From an archaeon (GTDB lineage Archaea > Asgardarchaeota > Thorarchaeia > Thorarchaeales > Thorarchaeaceae), in assembly GCA_024275415.1 (NCBI GenBank), contig JAJRZD010000024.1:1-32000 (forward strand): 32,000 nucleotides of DNA, written 5' to 3'. Shown here one piece after another: positions 16,527 through 24,776 of this stretch; position 1 is the first letter of the stretch, and each line of letters opens with the position of its first letter. A program made the position numbers and the translations under genes. The notes under the pieces were generated by a model, which saw only the letters and a list, made by a program, of their open reading frames with translations, did not search any database and was not told the origin of the DNA.

Positions 16527-18743
16527 CTAACCAGTTCGCTTGTAGATGTATCGGCTCCAAGAGCTGATACTGGGCATCTGCTCAGGCATTCCTTTCCTCT
16601 TACGAATCTCAAGGATCTTCTCTTCTTGCATACTTGCGGGAAGCTGCTCGAATCCTCTGAACTCGTAGCCAAAGAAGCTCCTACCTGCTGTCGCACTCCT
16701 GAACTCATCAGCGATGCCAATGGTCTCAGCAGTAGGAAGTGTTCCCTTGACAGTGACAGTATCTTCTTCTGCCTCGATTGTCAGAATCTGGCCTCTATGA
16801 CCAGTCAGAACCTTGATCACACCACCCTGAGTATCAGGAGGCGTCTTAATATCGACATTCAGGATTGGTTCATAGAGTGCAGGCTCTGCAGAAAGGAACG
16901 ACATGTTCAGTCCAGCGCTCGTCATGGTTGCGACTTCACTGTACCCGGTATGTGCTGGATCAGTGTGAATTGTAGCGTCAGTGACTGTGACCTTGACGCC
17001 CATCACAGGCTCGTAAGCCACAGGACCACGTTCAATGAACTCACGCCATGTTGACTGCACGTATGGCCAGATCCTATCAAAGCGCTGAACACCGCTCATT
17101 GCATCCACAAGAATCGAGGTTTCGTAGATATCAAGGATTTTCCTTGCAAGCTTAGCATCCCAACCTGCCTCATCGCGAAGGACAGCAGCTCTGTCACGGG
17201 CGCTCATCTCATTAGTAATCTTCTTCTTCTTGATGAGCTCGACAGTCTTCTCATCGAGAGGTTCGACATACATCCGGATTCGGTTGTGACCGTTGGGACT
17301 CTTTGTGTGATACTCATCGCCGCGTTGTAATATCTTCTCACGATAGACGATGATAGGTTCAGATACATGTATCTTGACCTGCTCGTCGATTCGCTTGGTC
17401 AATATCTCAATCTGCAAGGGGTCAATCCCGTTAAGTCGATATTCGCCTGATTCTTTGTCATGGACAAAGCTGGCAGTGGGATCAGCCATAATCCATTTTG
17501 AAACAACATCCCCGAGCTTGGCGATGTCTTGAGGGTCAACTGGCTTGATGCTCCTGCTTACCACAGGTTCACTTGCATATTCGATTGGTTCGAAACCAAC
17601 CATGTCGGAATCAGCATCAACAAAGGACTCTCCAGAAGGACACATGAACCCGAAGACGCTGAACAGATTGCCAGCAGGAACCTTCTCCATTGGCAGGATG
17701 TCCGTGATCTCCTGCACACCCAACCGCTTTATCGGGACATTTTGCCTCATCCCGACCAGACGGATGGACTGTCCGGCCTTTACGGTTCCGGAGAACACAC
17801 GTCCAATCAAAGTAGGACGCTTGCTTTTCGGATCCACAAAAATCTTCGTGATCATCCCTAGCAAAGGACCATTAGGATCGCACTCCAGCAATGATTTCCC
17901 TTCTGGGCTGTTCAGGTCGCCCTTCCATATCCGCGGAATCTTGTATCGCTGAGCTTCCTTTGGGTTTGGGAGGTGCTTTACGATCATCTCGAGCAGTGCG
18001 TCGTCCAATGGGAGGTTCTCTCGCAGCCAGCGTTCATCACCCTCATTGTATTTCTCAAATACAACAGTGGGCTTGATGTTATGTTTCTGAAGGGTTTTCA
18101 TGGTGAATGCCCAACCAGTCTTAGCGCTGCCAATTGCGACACTACCCTCTTGGAAGTTCACTTTCCATTCGGATGCATATTCCTTAGGAGCGACTTTCCT
18201 GATGAGCTCGTTCACCTTAGCAATGATGATGTCGATTCGCTCATACACTTTCTTGGGCGGCAGCTTCAGCTCATTGATCAGTCTATCAACCTTGTTGATA
18301 AAGAGGACAGGTTTGCAAGCCTCACCACCAACAGCCAAACGGATGTTAGTTTCTGTCTGAGTCATCACACCTTCAAGGGCATCCACAAGAATCACGGCAC
18401 CGTCGCTTGCACGCAATGCACGAGAAACCTCGCCAGTGAATGAGAGATGTCCTGGAGTGTCGGACAGCTGAACCAGATATTCCTCGCCTTCAACCTCGAA
18501 GTTCAATAGGACCACTGAGGTGAAGATTGTAATTCCTCGGGCCTGTTCTTCCTCATCACTATCGGTCATTAGTGCCTGACCTGCTGCAGCATCACTCATG
18601 AGACCTGCACGACGCATAAGGTAGTCCGAAGTGGTTGTCTTACCATGGTCGATATGCGCACTGATGCTGATGATTCTTTTATGCTCATAGTCATCGGACA
18701 GGATGAGCTTCTTAATTGCATCTGGGTCTTTAATCTTGACCAT
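16527..18743 (-). CDS. Translation elongation factor 2, divergent paralog (aEF-2p-like)
   Basis: AHIDHGKTT, RGITI, DTPGH, NKVD, KSPNGHNR, LYEP. Diphthamide loop reads IHTDPAHTGYSE instead of the canonical LHEDAxHRGPAQ. Not next to rps12/rps7. Confidence 0.9.
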   Translation of the reverse strand: MVKIKDPDAIKKLILSDDYEHKRIISISAHIDHGKTTTSDYLMRRAGLMSDAAAGQALMTDSDEEEQARGITIFTSVVLLNFEVEGEEYLVQLSDTPGHLSFTGEVSRALRASDGAVILVDALEGVMTQTETNIRLAVGGEACKPVLFINKVDRLINELKLPPKKVYERIDIIIAKVNELIRKVAPKEYASEWKVNFQEGSVAIGSAKTGWAFTMKTLQKHNIKPTVVFEKYNEGDERWLRENLPLDDALLEMIVKHLPNPKEAQRYKIPRIWKGDLNSPEGKSLLECDPNGPLLGMITKIFVDPKSKRPTLIGRVFSGTVKAGQSIRLVGMRQNVPIKRLGVQEITDILPMEKVPAGNLFSVFGFMCPSGESFVDADSDMVGFEPIEYASEPVVSRSIKPVDPQDIAKLGDVVSKWIMADPTASFVHDKESGEYRLNGIDPLQIEILTKRIDEQVKIHVSEPIIVYREKILQRGDEYHTKSPNGHNRIRMYVEPLDEKTVELIKKKKITNEMSARDRAAVLRDEAGWDAKLARKILDIYETSILVDAMSGVQRFDRIWPYVQSTWREFIERGPVAYEPVMGVKVTVTDATIHTDPAHTGYSEVATMTSAGLNMSFLSAEPALYEPILNVDIKTPPDTQGGVIKVLTGHRGQILTIEAEEDTVTVKGTLPTAETIGIADEFRSATAGRSFFGYEFRGFEQLPASMQEEKILEIRKRKGMPEQMPSISSWSRYIYKRTG

Positions 18744-18785
18744 TCATTTCACACTCTTGTCAAATCTGATATTGTGATTGTCTAT

Positions 18786-18885
18786 CCCCAACTTACGAGG
18801 TTAACGCGAGAAAACTCGGTCGGGGTCATCAGTCGAGAAACTGATGGCGAGCGCGACTGCTCTATTTGATGTTTAAAAGATTTCC
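18786..18885 (-). promoter_or_regulatory. BRE/TATA and structured ~105-nt 5' leader of the EF-2 paralog
   Basis: GGAAATC-TTTTAAA at 18885-18872. Leader stems CATCAGT/ACTGATG, CCCCGAC/GTTGGGG and CGAG/CTCG. Confidence 0.45.
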
Positions 18886-18895
18886 GTCAGAGGAA

Positions 18896-19675
18896 CTAAC
18901 GAGTGGCAACTACGACCATGCGCTCGGATGACGCAGCGTATGGCATCCGAGGCAGCTTGTTCGCGCCGAACAACTCGACCTTTGAGAAACCGACCTCCTC
19001 GATAAGATCTTGTATCTCCAGTGCAGTGTACATACGGATATCATTGTTCGAGAGGGCATCTTGATTCATCAGGATTATCTGCCCCTTCTCAGTATCAACA
19101 AATGTTGCTGGACGACCCCTCAGGACACCGGCAGGTGCGTCAAGAAAATGGGGCTCACTTAACAGATAACCACCCTTTAACTTGGTCCAACTCTTTGAGA
19201 ACTTGGGCATATTGTACGGGTTCATCAAATCAAGCAACAGCTTGCCACCTTCGACCAGAGCATTATATGTCCCCTCAAGGACCTTACGATTCTCCTCATG
19301 GTTGAAGAAACCAAAGCTATGACTCAGGAGAACGGCACCCTTAAAGCGTTGAACGAAATTAATCTCCCTCATGTCACCCGTGAAGAAATTGACGGGGACA
19401 TTATTCTCTGATGCCAGCTCTTCCGCGGATTTAATCAATGATGCAGAGAGATCAAAACCTGAAACATTAAACCCCTTTTTAGCAAGCAACACACTATGAT
19501 CACCAGCACCACAGGCAATATCCAAGACTTCGTCACCTTCAACCAGACCCAACACTTCAATGCAGAAGTCAACCACAAGATTATCGTAGTGCTGGATGCC
19601 AGGAATAGATCTTCGATGTCGCACTCTGAACAAGTATGCCCAGAATTCGTCCCAGCCTAGTTCTATATGCTCCAT
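18896..19675 (-). CDS. Class I SAM-dependent methyltransferase
   Basis: VLDIACGAGDH (motif I), GFDLS, GDMRE, GGKLLLD. Confidence 0.9.
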   Translation of the reverse strand: MEHIELGWDEFWAYLFRVRHRRSIPGIQHYDNLVVDFCIEVLGLVEGDEVLDIACGAGDHSVLLAKKGFNVSGFDLSASLIKSAEELASENNVPVNFFTGDMREINFVQRFKGAVLLSHSFGFFNHEENRKVLEGTYNALVEGGKLLLDLMNPYNMPKFSKSWTKLKGGYLLSEPHFLDAPAGVLRGRPATFVDTEKGQIILMNQDALSNNDIRMYTALEIQDLIEEVGFSKVELFGANKLPRMPYAASSERMVVVATR

Positions 19676-19749
19676 GGTGCATCAACCCACTAATCAACTG
19701 AATGCAGTCAGATATGAAGATTGTTGTCTGTTGACAGAGAAGAAGGATG

Positions 19750-19830
19750 GACAGGACCCGTGTGCTGTCGTTCGCCGCCGGGAGGGACGCTGACAAAACA
19801 ACAGGGATATAGAATTACGGGTCACCTGTC
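19750..19830 (-). ncRNA. Candidate structured RNA (ncRNA or 5' leader of the methyltransferase gene)
   Basis: Minus strand GACAGG-TG-ACCCGT/ACGGGT-CCTGTC (12 bp, 2-nt bulge), CTGTTGTT/AACGACAG and CGTC/GGCG. Wobble pairs are G-U on minus but A-C on plus. TTTATA lies ~27 nt upstream. Confidence 0.45.
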
Positions 19831-20110
19831 ACACACTTAATTGTTCGATTCTAGCCTATAAATCTATAGGTTTTCGTTTTTATCCGAAAACCTTTCGATA
19901 AATCGTCAGAACAGTCCAATAGTGTGAGTGTGTAAAAATCGGAATACGATTCTTTTTTTAGACACTTGATTCCAATGGGCATCCACGGCATAGTAGACAG
20001 TGCGCGTTAGTGATTCCTAATTGTGAAAATTATTTAGCGGTAATGTTACTGCTGGCAACCCAATACCTGACTGAGCGGCAATCATATCATGGGCTGACGA
20101 GAAAGAGAGA

Positions 20111-20217
20111 TGGTAGCCCCGCCAGGACTCGAACCTAGGTCCGGCGGGTTCTCTACCAAGGACCAGAAGATCCTTAGTGCCAGAACCGCCGATGCTGGAC
20201 CACTACACCACGGGGCT
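20111..20217 (-). tRNA. tRNA-Gln(CTG) with 31-nt intron at position 37/38 (intron 20149-20179), CCA encoded
   Basis: Acceptor AGCCCCG/CGGGGCT (A1-U72), anticodon stem GGCGG/CCGCC, T-arm CTAGG-TTCGAGT-CCTGG. Strict BHB: central helix TTCT/AGAG, bulges GG^C and AA^C, intron stem ACTAAGGA/TCCTTGGT. Mature length 76 nt. Confidence 0.96.
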
Positions 20218-20242
20218 AGTGGGAGTCGGGCTAGTAGAGTTG

Positions 20243-20258
20243 TTTAATTACCTTTTCG
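20243..20258 (-). promoter_or_regulatory. BRE/TATA promoter of tRNA-Gln
   Basis: CGAAAAGG-TAATTAAA, with the TATA box 26-33 nt upstream of tRNA position 1. Confidence 0.65.
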
Positions 20259-20322
20259 GTATTGCTACCATCAAAGGGAATGGATTAATTAGTCAAAGAA
20301 TTCCGTGAGGATATGAACAAAG

Positions 20323-21066
20323 ATGCCATTCTGGCAAGAACTTTCACATACTGGACTTATGGACGCCTTGGAAAAGACACATGTCGCAATCCTCCCTGTT
20401 GGTGCTGTGGAGGCACATGGAAGCCATCTCCCCCTCGGGACTGACAACATTTTGCCGGCGTATCTGACAGACATCGTGGCAAAAGAAAGCAATGCCCTAG
20501 TTCTTCCTGCGATTCCCTATGGTGACAGCTGGATATTCAAGCAGTTCGAGGGAACCATTTCTGTATCACCTCAGACGCTTGTTTCGTATTACGAGGATGT
20601 GATGAACTGTATTTTTGATAATGGGATAAGGTATCTGGTCGTTCTTAATGGGCACGGTGGAAATTCAGCTCATATTGAGTCTGCTGCAAAGAATGCCACC
20701 ATCTCAGGAGAACGAGTAGTCATCATAGTGAATTGGTGGAGAGACCTTGCACACGATGCCCGTGCCTCAGTTCTAGAAACGTCCGAAGGACATGCTGGTG
20801 AAGACGAAACATCGGAGGTGCTTCACGTCGCGCCACATCTCGTTTCAATGGAGTGTGCCACAGCATCACGAGTCAAACAGGAGTTCAAGGTCATTTCAGG
20901 GCAGTTCAGAATGGAGTTGGTTCCCGATGCCACTTTTGGCGACCCGCGAAAAGCGACTCCTGAGAAAGGAAAAACGATCATGGAACAGGCAGCACAGGAT
21001 CTTTTGAGATTGATTGGACGATTAGAGAAAGGCGACCTGCCTGTGGTTTCAGAACAGCTTCAATAG
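20323..21066 (+). CDS. Creatininase family protein (creatinine amidohydrolase / ArfB / MftE superfamily)
   Basis: PVGAVEAHGSHLPLGTD, NGHGGN, GHAGEDETS, GDPRKATPEKG. Confidence 0.9.
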   Translation: MPFWQELSHTGLMDALEKTHVAILPVGAVEAHGSHLPLGTDNILPAYLTDIVAKESNALVLPAIPYGDSWIFKQFEGTISVSPQTLVSYYEDVMNCIFDNGIRYLVVLNGHGGNSAHIESAAKNATISGERVVIIVNWWRDLAHDARASVLETSEGHAGEDETSEVLHVAPHLVSMECATASRVKQEFKVISGQFRMELVPDATFGDPRKATPEKGKTIMEQAAQDLLRLIGRLEKGDLPVVSEQLQ

Positions 21067-21067
21067 G

Positions 21068-21883
21068 TCAGATTCCCACTTTGAATATGAGTGCGTCTCT
21101 CAGAACCCGCTGGAACATCCTGAGCAGGTTCTTGCCCTCAGTCGCAATGGTTGTGAATATGGGATACGACTCCACATCAAGCATCCTTACCATATACTCC
21201 ACAGGAAGTGCGTTCGGGAGGTCTCTCTTATTGAGAGCAATCACTATCGGCATATTCGAATACCTGTCAGTCCCAAGTGCAATCTGTAACTCTTCTAGAG
21301 ATGCCAAGTTCTCATTCATCATCTCTGGACGTGAGTCCGCCATGAAAATTATCCCGTCTGCGTCACGCAGGACACTTATCCTGCTTCTAGCATGTCTTCT
21401 TTGGCCGGGTGTGGTGAACACATCAAAAACGATTTTCTCGCTGGCAGTTATTGGAACAAAATCGAAGAAGGTAGTACGTCCGAGGTCATCGGCAATCTCG
21501 ACCAACCGCCCTTTAGACAGGGAGCGCACATTGCCAAAAAGCCATCGGAGGGCAGTGGTCTTCCCAGAGAGAGAGGGACCGTAGAAGACAATCTTGATGT
21601 GAATGCGACCTTGGGCGTCACGTTTGAGGAGTTTGCCGGGGACAATCTCAGCGGTGGTATGATCCCGGATTTTCATTTCCTTTGCCAGCACCATCGTTTC
21701 CTCTCGATCCACACGCAACTCTGCTGTGGAAGCGAAAAGTCTGCCTTCGGGTTTTGGTGAGAAGGAAGGAGGTGATGTAGAAGTAGAGGAACTAATAGAT
21801 TCAGACGACGACGAAGGAATCCTCTCATCACGGGGTTTCTCCGAATCCCGACCTTTTCTACGTAGTCTTCTGAATATTGACAA
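21068..21883 (-). CDS. MglA-like small GTPase with basic N-terminus and Ser/Pro-rich linker
   Basis: KIVFYGPSLSGKTT (G1), GRTTFFDF (switch I), TTPGQ (MglA-type G3), LNKRDLP (G4), TIAT (G5). Confidence 0.88.
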   Translation of the reverse strand: MSIFRRLRRKGRDSEKPRDERIPSSSSESISSSTSTSPPSFSPKPEGRLFASTAELRVDREETMVLAKEMKIRDHTTAEIVPGKLLKRDAQGRIHIKIVFYGPSLSGKTTALRWLFGNVRSLSKGRLVEIADDLGRTTFFDFVPITASEKIVFDVFTTPGQRRHARSRISVLRDADGIIFMADSRPEMMNENLASLEELQIALGTDRYSNMPIVIALNKRDLPNALPVEYMVRMLDVESYPIFTTIATEGKNLLRMFQRVLRDALIFKVGI

Positions 21884-21981
21884 ACCTCTCTCCGAAGTTT
21901 AGTCACTATTTCGTTTTAATTAAACTTTAGGGGATGTAGTCAGTGACCTTTATCTACAGGCAAACCATCAGTGAAGGTATT

Positions 21982-23106
21982 ATGAAAGGTCACATCGACT
22001 CCACAATCATTGAAAGATATTTCCCCACGTTGAAAGAGATGACCTACCTGAACAACGCGGCGACAGGAATTCTACCTAGTACAGCACTGGATGCCATGAA
22101 AGAGTATCTTGAGGGGCGAATCAGAGCAAAGAGGAGCTTGGATGACACGCTAAACAAAATGGACAGTATCAGGGCAAAGTTGTCCAGATTGCTAGGTGGA
22201 AGCCCCGCTGAATATGCACTCGCGCCGAGCACTTCCGTTGGACTTAACACACTTGCCCATGGAATCGAGTATCCAGAGGGGTCGAACATTGTCATATGTG
22301 ACCTAGAGTTCCCTGCGAACTATGTACCTTGGCAGAACGCATCAAGATTGTATGGTGTGGAACTACGAATTGTCCCATCTCGAGAAGGTGCGGTCAATGT
22401 TTCGGACTTTGCTGACAGGATTGACGAGAACACAAGGGTGGTCGCCATAAGCATGGTGCAATTCGGCTCAGGCTTTCGCGCTGATATCTCTGCAATAGCA
22501 AAGACCGCTCACGAGCACGATGCTTTTCTGGTGGCGGACATCATCCAAGCTGCTGGATGGCATGACATCAACTTGCCAAAAATAGGGGTTGACCTTGCCT
22601 CAGCACAAGCGGCCAAATGGCTTATCGGGCCAATCGGAGCAGGATTCATCTATGTGAGCAAGGATATAATGGATCGAGTGAAGCCAAGATACCTTGGATG
22701 GTGGGGCGTCGAGGACATGCGCGATTTCAGTTATTTCGAAAGGACACCAGCAAAGAGTGCCAAAAGATATGAGATAGGGTCTCCGGCATTGATCGCCTAT
22801 GTCGGGTTTGACGAATCCCTCGACCTGTTGCTGTCAATCCCAGCGAAGGAAAGGGAAGCTGTTGCCCTAGGCAATGCCGAGTACCTGAGAGAATGCCTCA
22901 GAGAGATGGGGCTGGAACACTACGAATTCGAGGAGCAAAACAAATCCCCCATTGTTTCATGCGTGCCTGATGACGTAGAGCGTCTTGAGAAAGAATTACG
23001 CAAGGATGGAATCCATTGCTCGGTCAGAAACGGAAGGCTTAGGATTTCCCCACATTTCTATAACACGACAGAAGAGATTGACAGGCTTGTCGAAAAGATG
23101 AGGTGA
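21982..23106 (+). CDS. Aminotransferase class V (fold-type I PLP) enzyme
   Basis: YLNNAATG, EFPAN, ADIIQAAG, AAKWLIGPIGAG, RISPHFYNT. ATG 21982 preferred over GTG 21943. Confidence 0.88.
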   Translation: MKGHIDSTIIERYFPTLKEMTYLNNAATGILPSTALDAMKEYLEGRIRAKRSLDDTLNKMDSIRAKLSRLLGGSPAEYALAPSTSVGLNTLAHGIEYPEGSNIVICDLEFPANYVPWQNASRLYGVELRIVPSREGAVNVSDFADRIDENTRVVAISMVQFGSGFRADISAIAKTAHEHDAFLVADIIQAAGWHDINLPKIGVDLASAQAAKWLIGPIGAGFIYVSKDIMDRVKPRYLGWWGVEDMRDFSYFERTPAKSAKRYEIGSPALIAYVGFDESLDLLLSIPAKEREAVALGNAEYLRECLREMGLEHYEFEEQNKSPIVSCVPDDVERLEKELRKDGIHCSVRNGRLRISPHFYNTTEEIDRLVEKMR

Positions 23107-23110
23107 GGAC

Positions 23111-23800
23111 ATGTTCGAAACGATTGCACCCAACATTCATGTTCTTGTAAGTAGAAGCTTTGACTCCAATATCGGACTAATCGATGGAGGCAAACAAAAG
23201 GCATTGATAGACACAGGTACAGGAATGTATCACTCGTTCCTAGAAGGATCACTCTTGAAAGTAGGTGTGACGATAGAATCCATCACAGATATCCTGCTTA
23301 CCCATTCCCACATCGACCACATCGGTGGCGTCGCAAACATCATTCGAGAGGCGTCACCAAAGGTGCATCTGCATAAAGCTGAGGCTGACCTCATCAATGC
23401 AGGGGACATGCGGCTTACCCTTGCAGACACGTTTGGCGCAGAAGTACCACGGATGAAAATCGAAGGGGTACTCCAAGAGGGTTCGATGATCTCTATTGGG
23501 AACATAAAGATCGATGTCCTTCACACTCCAGGGCACTCGAGTGGGAGCGTATGCTACCACATTAAAGAAAAAGGAATCGTTTTCACTGGTGACACCATGT
23601 TCTCAGGTGGAAGCTTTGGCAGAGTTGACTTTCCAACTGGAAACCCAAGAGAGATCGTAGAGTCATTGAAGCGGCTGTCGGAGCTTGATGACTTTAATAC
23701 CGCACTCCCGGGACATATGGCGCCTGTGAGAGTCAGTGCTACAAGGTCAGCCCTATCATCATATCAAATGGCAAGGAACTGGTTCAATGTTGATATATAG
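23111..23800 (+). CDS. MBL-fold metallo-hydrolase (glyoxalase II-like)
   Basis: LIDTG, THSHIDHIGG, HTPGHS, FTGD, PGH. Confidence 0.92.
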   Translation: MFETIAPNIHVLVSRSFDSNIGLIDGGKQKALIDTGTGMYHSFLEGSLLKVGVTIESITDILLTHSHIDHIGGVANIIREASPKVHLHKAEADLINAGDMRLTLADTFGAEVPRMKIEGVLQEGSMISIGNIKIDVLHTPGHSSGSVCYHIKEKGIVFTGDTMFSGGSFGRVDFPTGNPREIVESLKRLSELDDFNTALPGHMAPVRVSATRSALSSYQMARNWFNVDI

Positions 23801-24776
23801 TACCTAACAGCTCGTCAATTGCCATAACAGCGACATCATTAGAGAGTTCTGTACCAGCGAGGTATTTTGATTCTATCGCTTTGATGAGGGCATATACTGT
23901 TTCGCTCACAGGAGTGGCAATACCAAGCTCTTTCCCCATCCAAATGACTGCGCCGGTTATCGAGTCAATCTCGGTTCGTTTCCGCAGCTGAATATCACGT
24001 AGCATCGAATTGATGTTCTCAGCGGTGGCTTTTGCAGTGCCCAGTGTATATCGAACAGGATTGTCTGTTGTCAGTTCCACGCCAAGCGCCTTGGCGACTG
24101 CAGCTGTTTCTTCTACCAGACGGATTACCAATTCTCTCAATGCAGGGTTTCTATGAATCTCGCCGTTCGTCATCCCAGTAAGAGCGCCAATAGGATTGAT
24201 CCCACAGTTGACTATGGTCTTCGTCCAGACCACTCCTTCAATATTGTCTGATATCTTCACATCCAAGCCTGCACTTTGGAAAAGGTCAGCGATATTACGG
24301 ATCATTCCAATATTCTCAGGATAGCGGGAGCCAATCTCGGTCAGACCTCGTCCTGTCACATGCAGATTACCCGGGGTTGTCATCAGTGCACCCATACAGG
24401 TTGTAGCGCGGATGACCCTCGTCGAATTGAGAGCCTCGGACACTGCAACCTCTGTGCCCAACCCATTTTGCACAAGCACAAGATAAGAGCCATTATCGAC
24501 AAGGTGCTTGACCGCCTTGGCTGCGGCAACAGTATCGTATGTCTTTGTGGTGACCAATACGATGTCCGCTGACTTGATTGATGATGCATTATCCGTCGCA
24601 TCAACAGAAACTATATGTGATCCCATAACTCCTTCAATATGCAGGCCGTGAGTACGAACCTGCTCAACTAAAGGTGATCTACCCACCAATGTCACTGAAC
24701 CTGGATACCTTAGTGCCAATAGACCCCCGTAGAGGCTTCCAATCGCACCGGCGCCCATAATTACGATTCGCATCAT
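23784..24776 (-). CDS. panE: 2-dehydropantoate 2-reductase (ketopantoate reductase)
   Basis: GAGAIG Rossmann motif, TTKTYD, QNGLG, WTKTIVNCGINP, NSMLRD, TEIDSITG. Located in an operon with PoK and PPS. Confidence 0.92.
   Translation of the reverse strand: MMRIVIMGAGAIGSLYGGLLALRYPGSVTLVGRSPLVEQVRTHGLHIEGVMGSHIVSVDATDNASSIKSADIVLVTTKTYDTVAAAKAVKHLVDNGSYLVLVQNGLGTEVAVSEALNSTRVIRATTCMGALMTTPGNLHVTGRGLTEIGSRYPENIGMIRNIADLFQSAGLDVKISDNIEGVVWTKTIVNCGINPIGALTGMTNGEIHRNPALRELVIRLVEETAAVAKALGVELTTDNPVRYTLGTAKATAENINSMLRDIQLRKRTEIDSITGAVIWMGKELGIATPVSETVYALIKAIESKYLAGTELSNDVAVMAIDELLGTIYQH

Noticed and set aside
18815-18850. CTGATGACCCCGAC resembles the 3' end of the fluoride riboswitch or a box C motif
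   Set aside because: The 5' GGNGATG element and pseudoknot partner are missing, no matching box D is present, and the gene context is unrelated to fluoride.
18896-19675. Methyltransferase next to the EF-2 paralog as a possible EF-2-modifying enzyme
   Set aside because: It looks like a generic small-molecule class I methyltransferase, and the EF-2 gene has its own predicted promoter. Adjacency alone is insufficient.
8790-19752. GGATGG/CCATCC recurs in three structured regions (8790-8813, 11755-11807, 19743-19752)
   Set aside because: Matches are only 6-9 nt and in different structural roles, so chance cannot be excluded.
19900-20130. Possible integrative element at the tRNA-Gln 3' end
   Set aside because: No integrase, no duplicated tRNA 3' end seen in the window, and flanking genes are housekeeping or metabolic.
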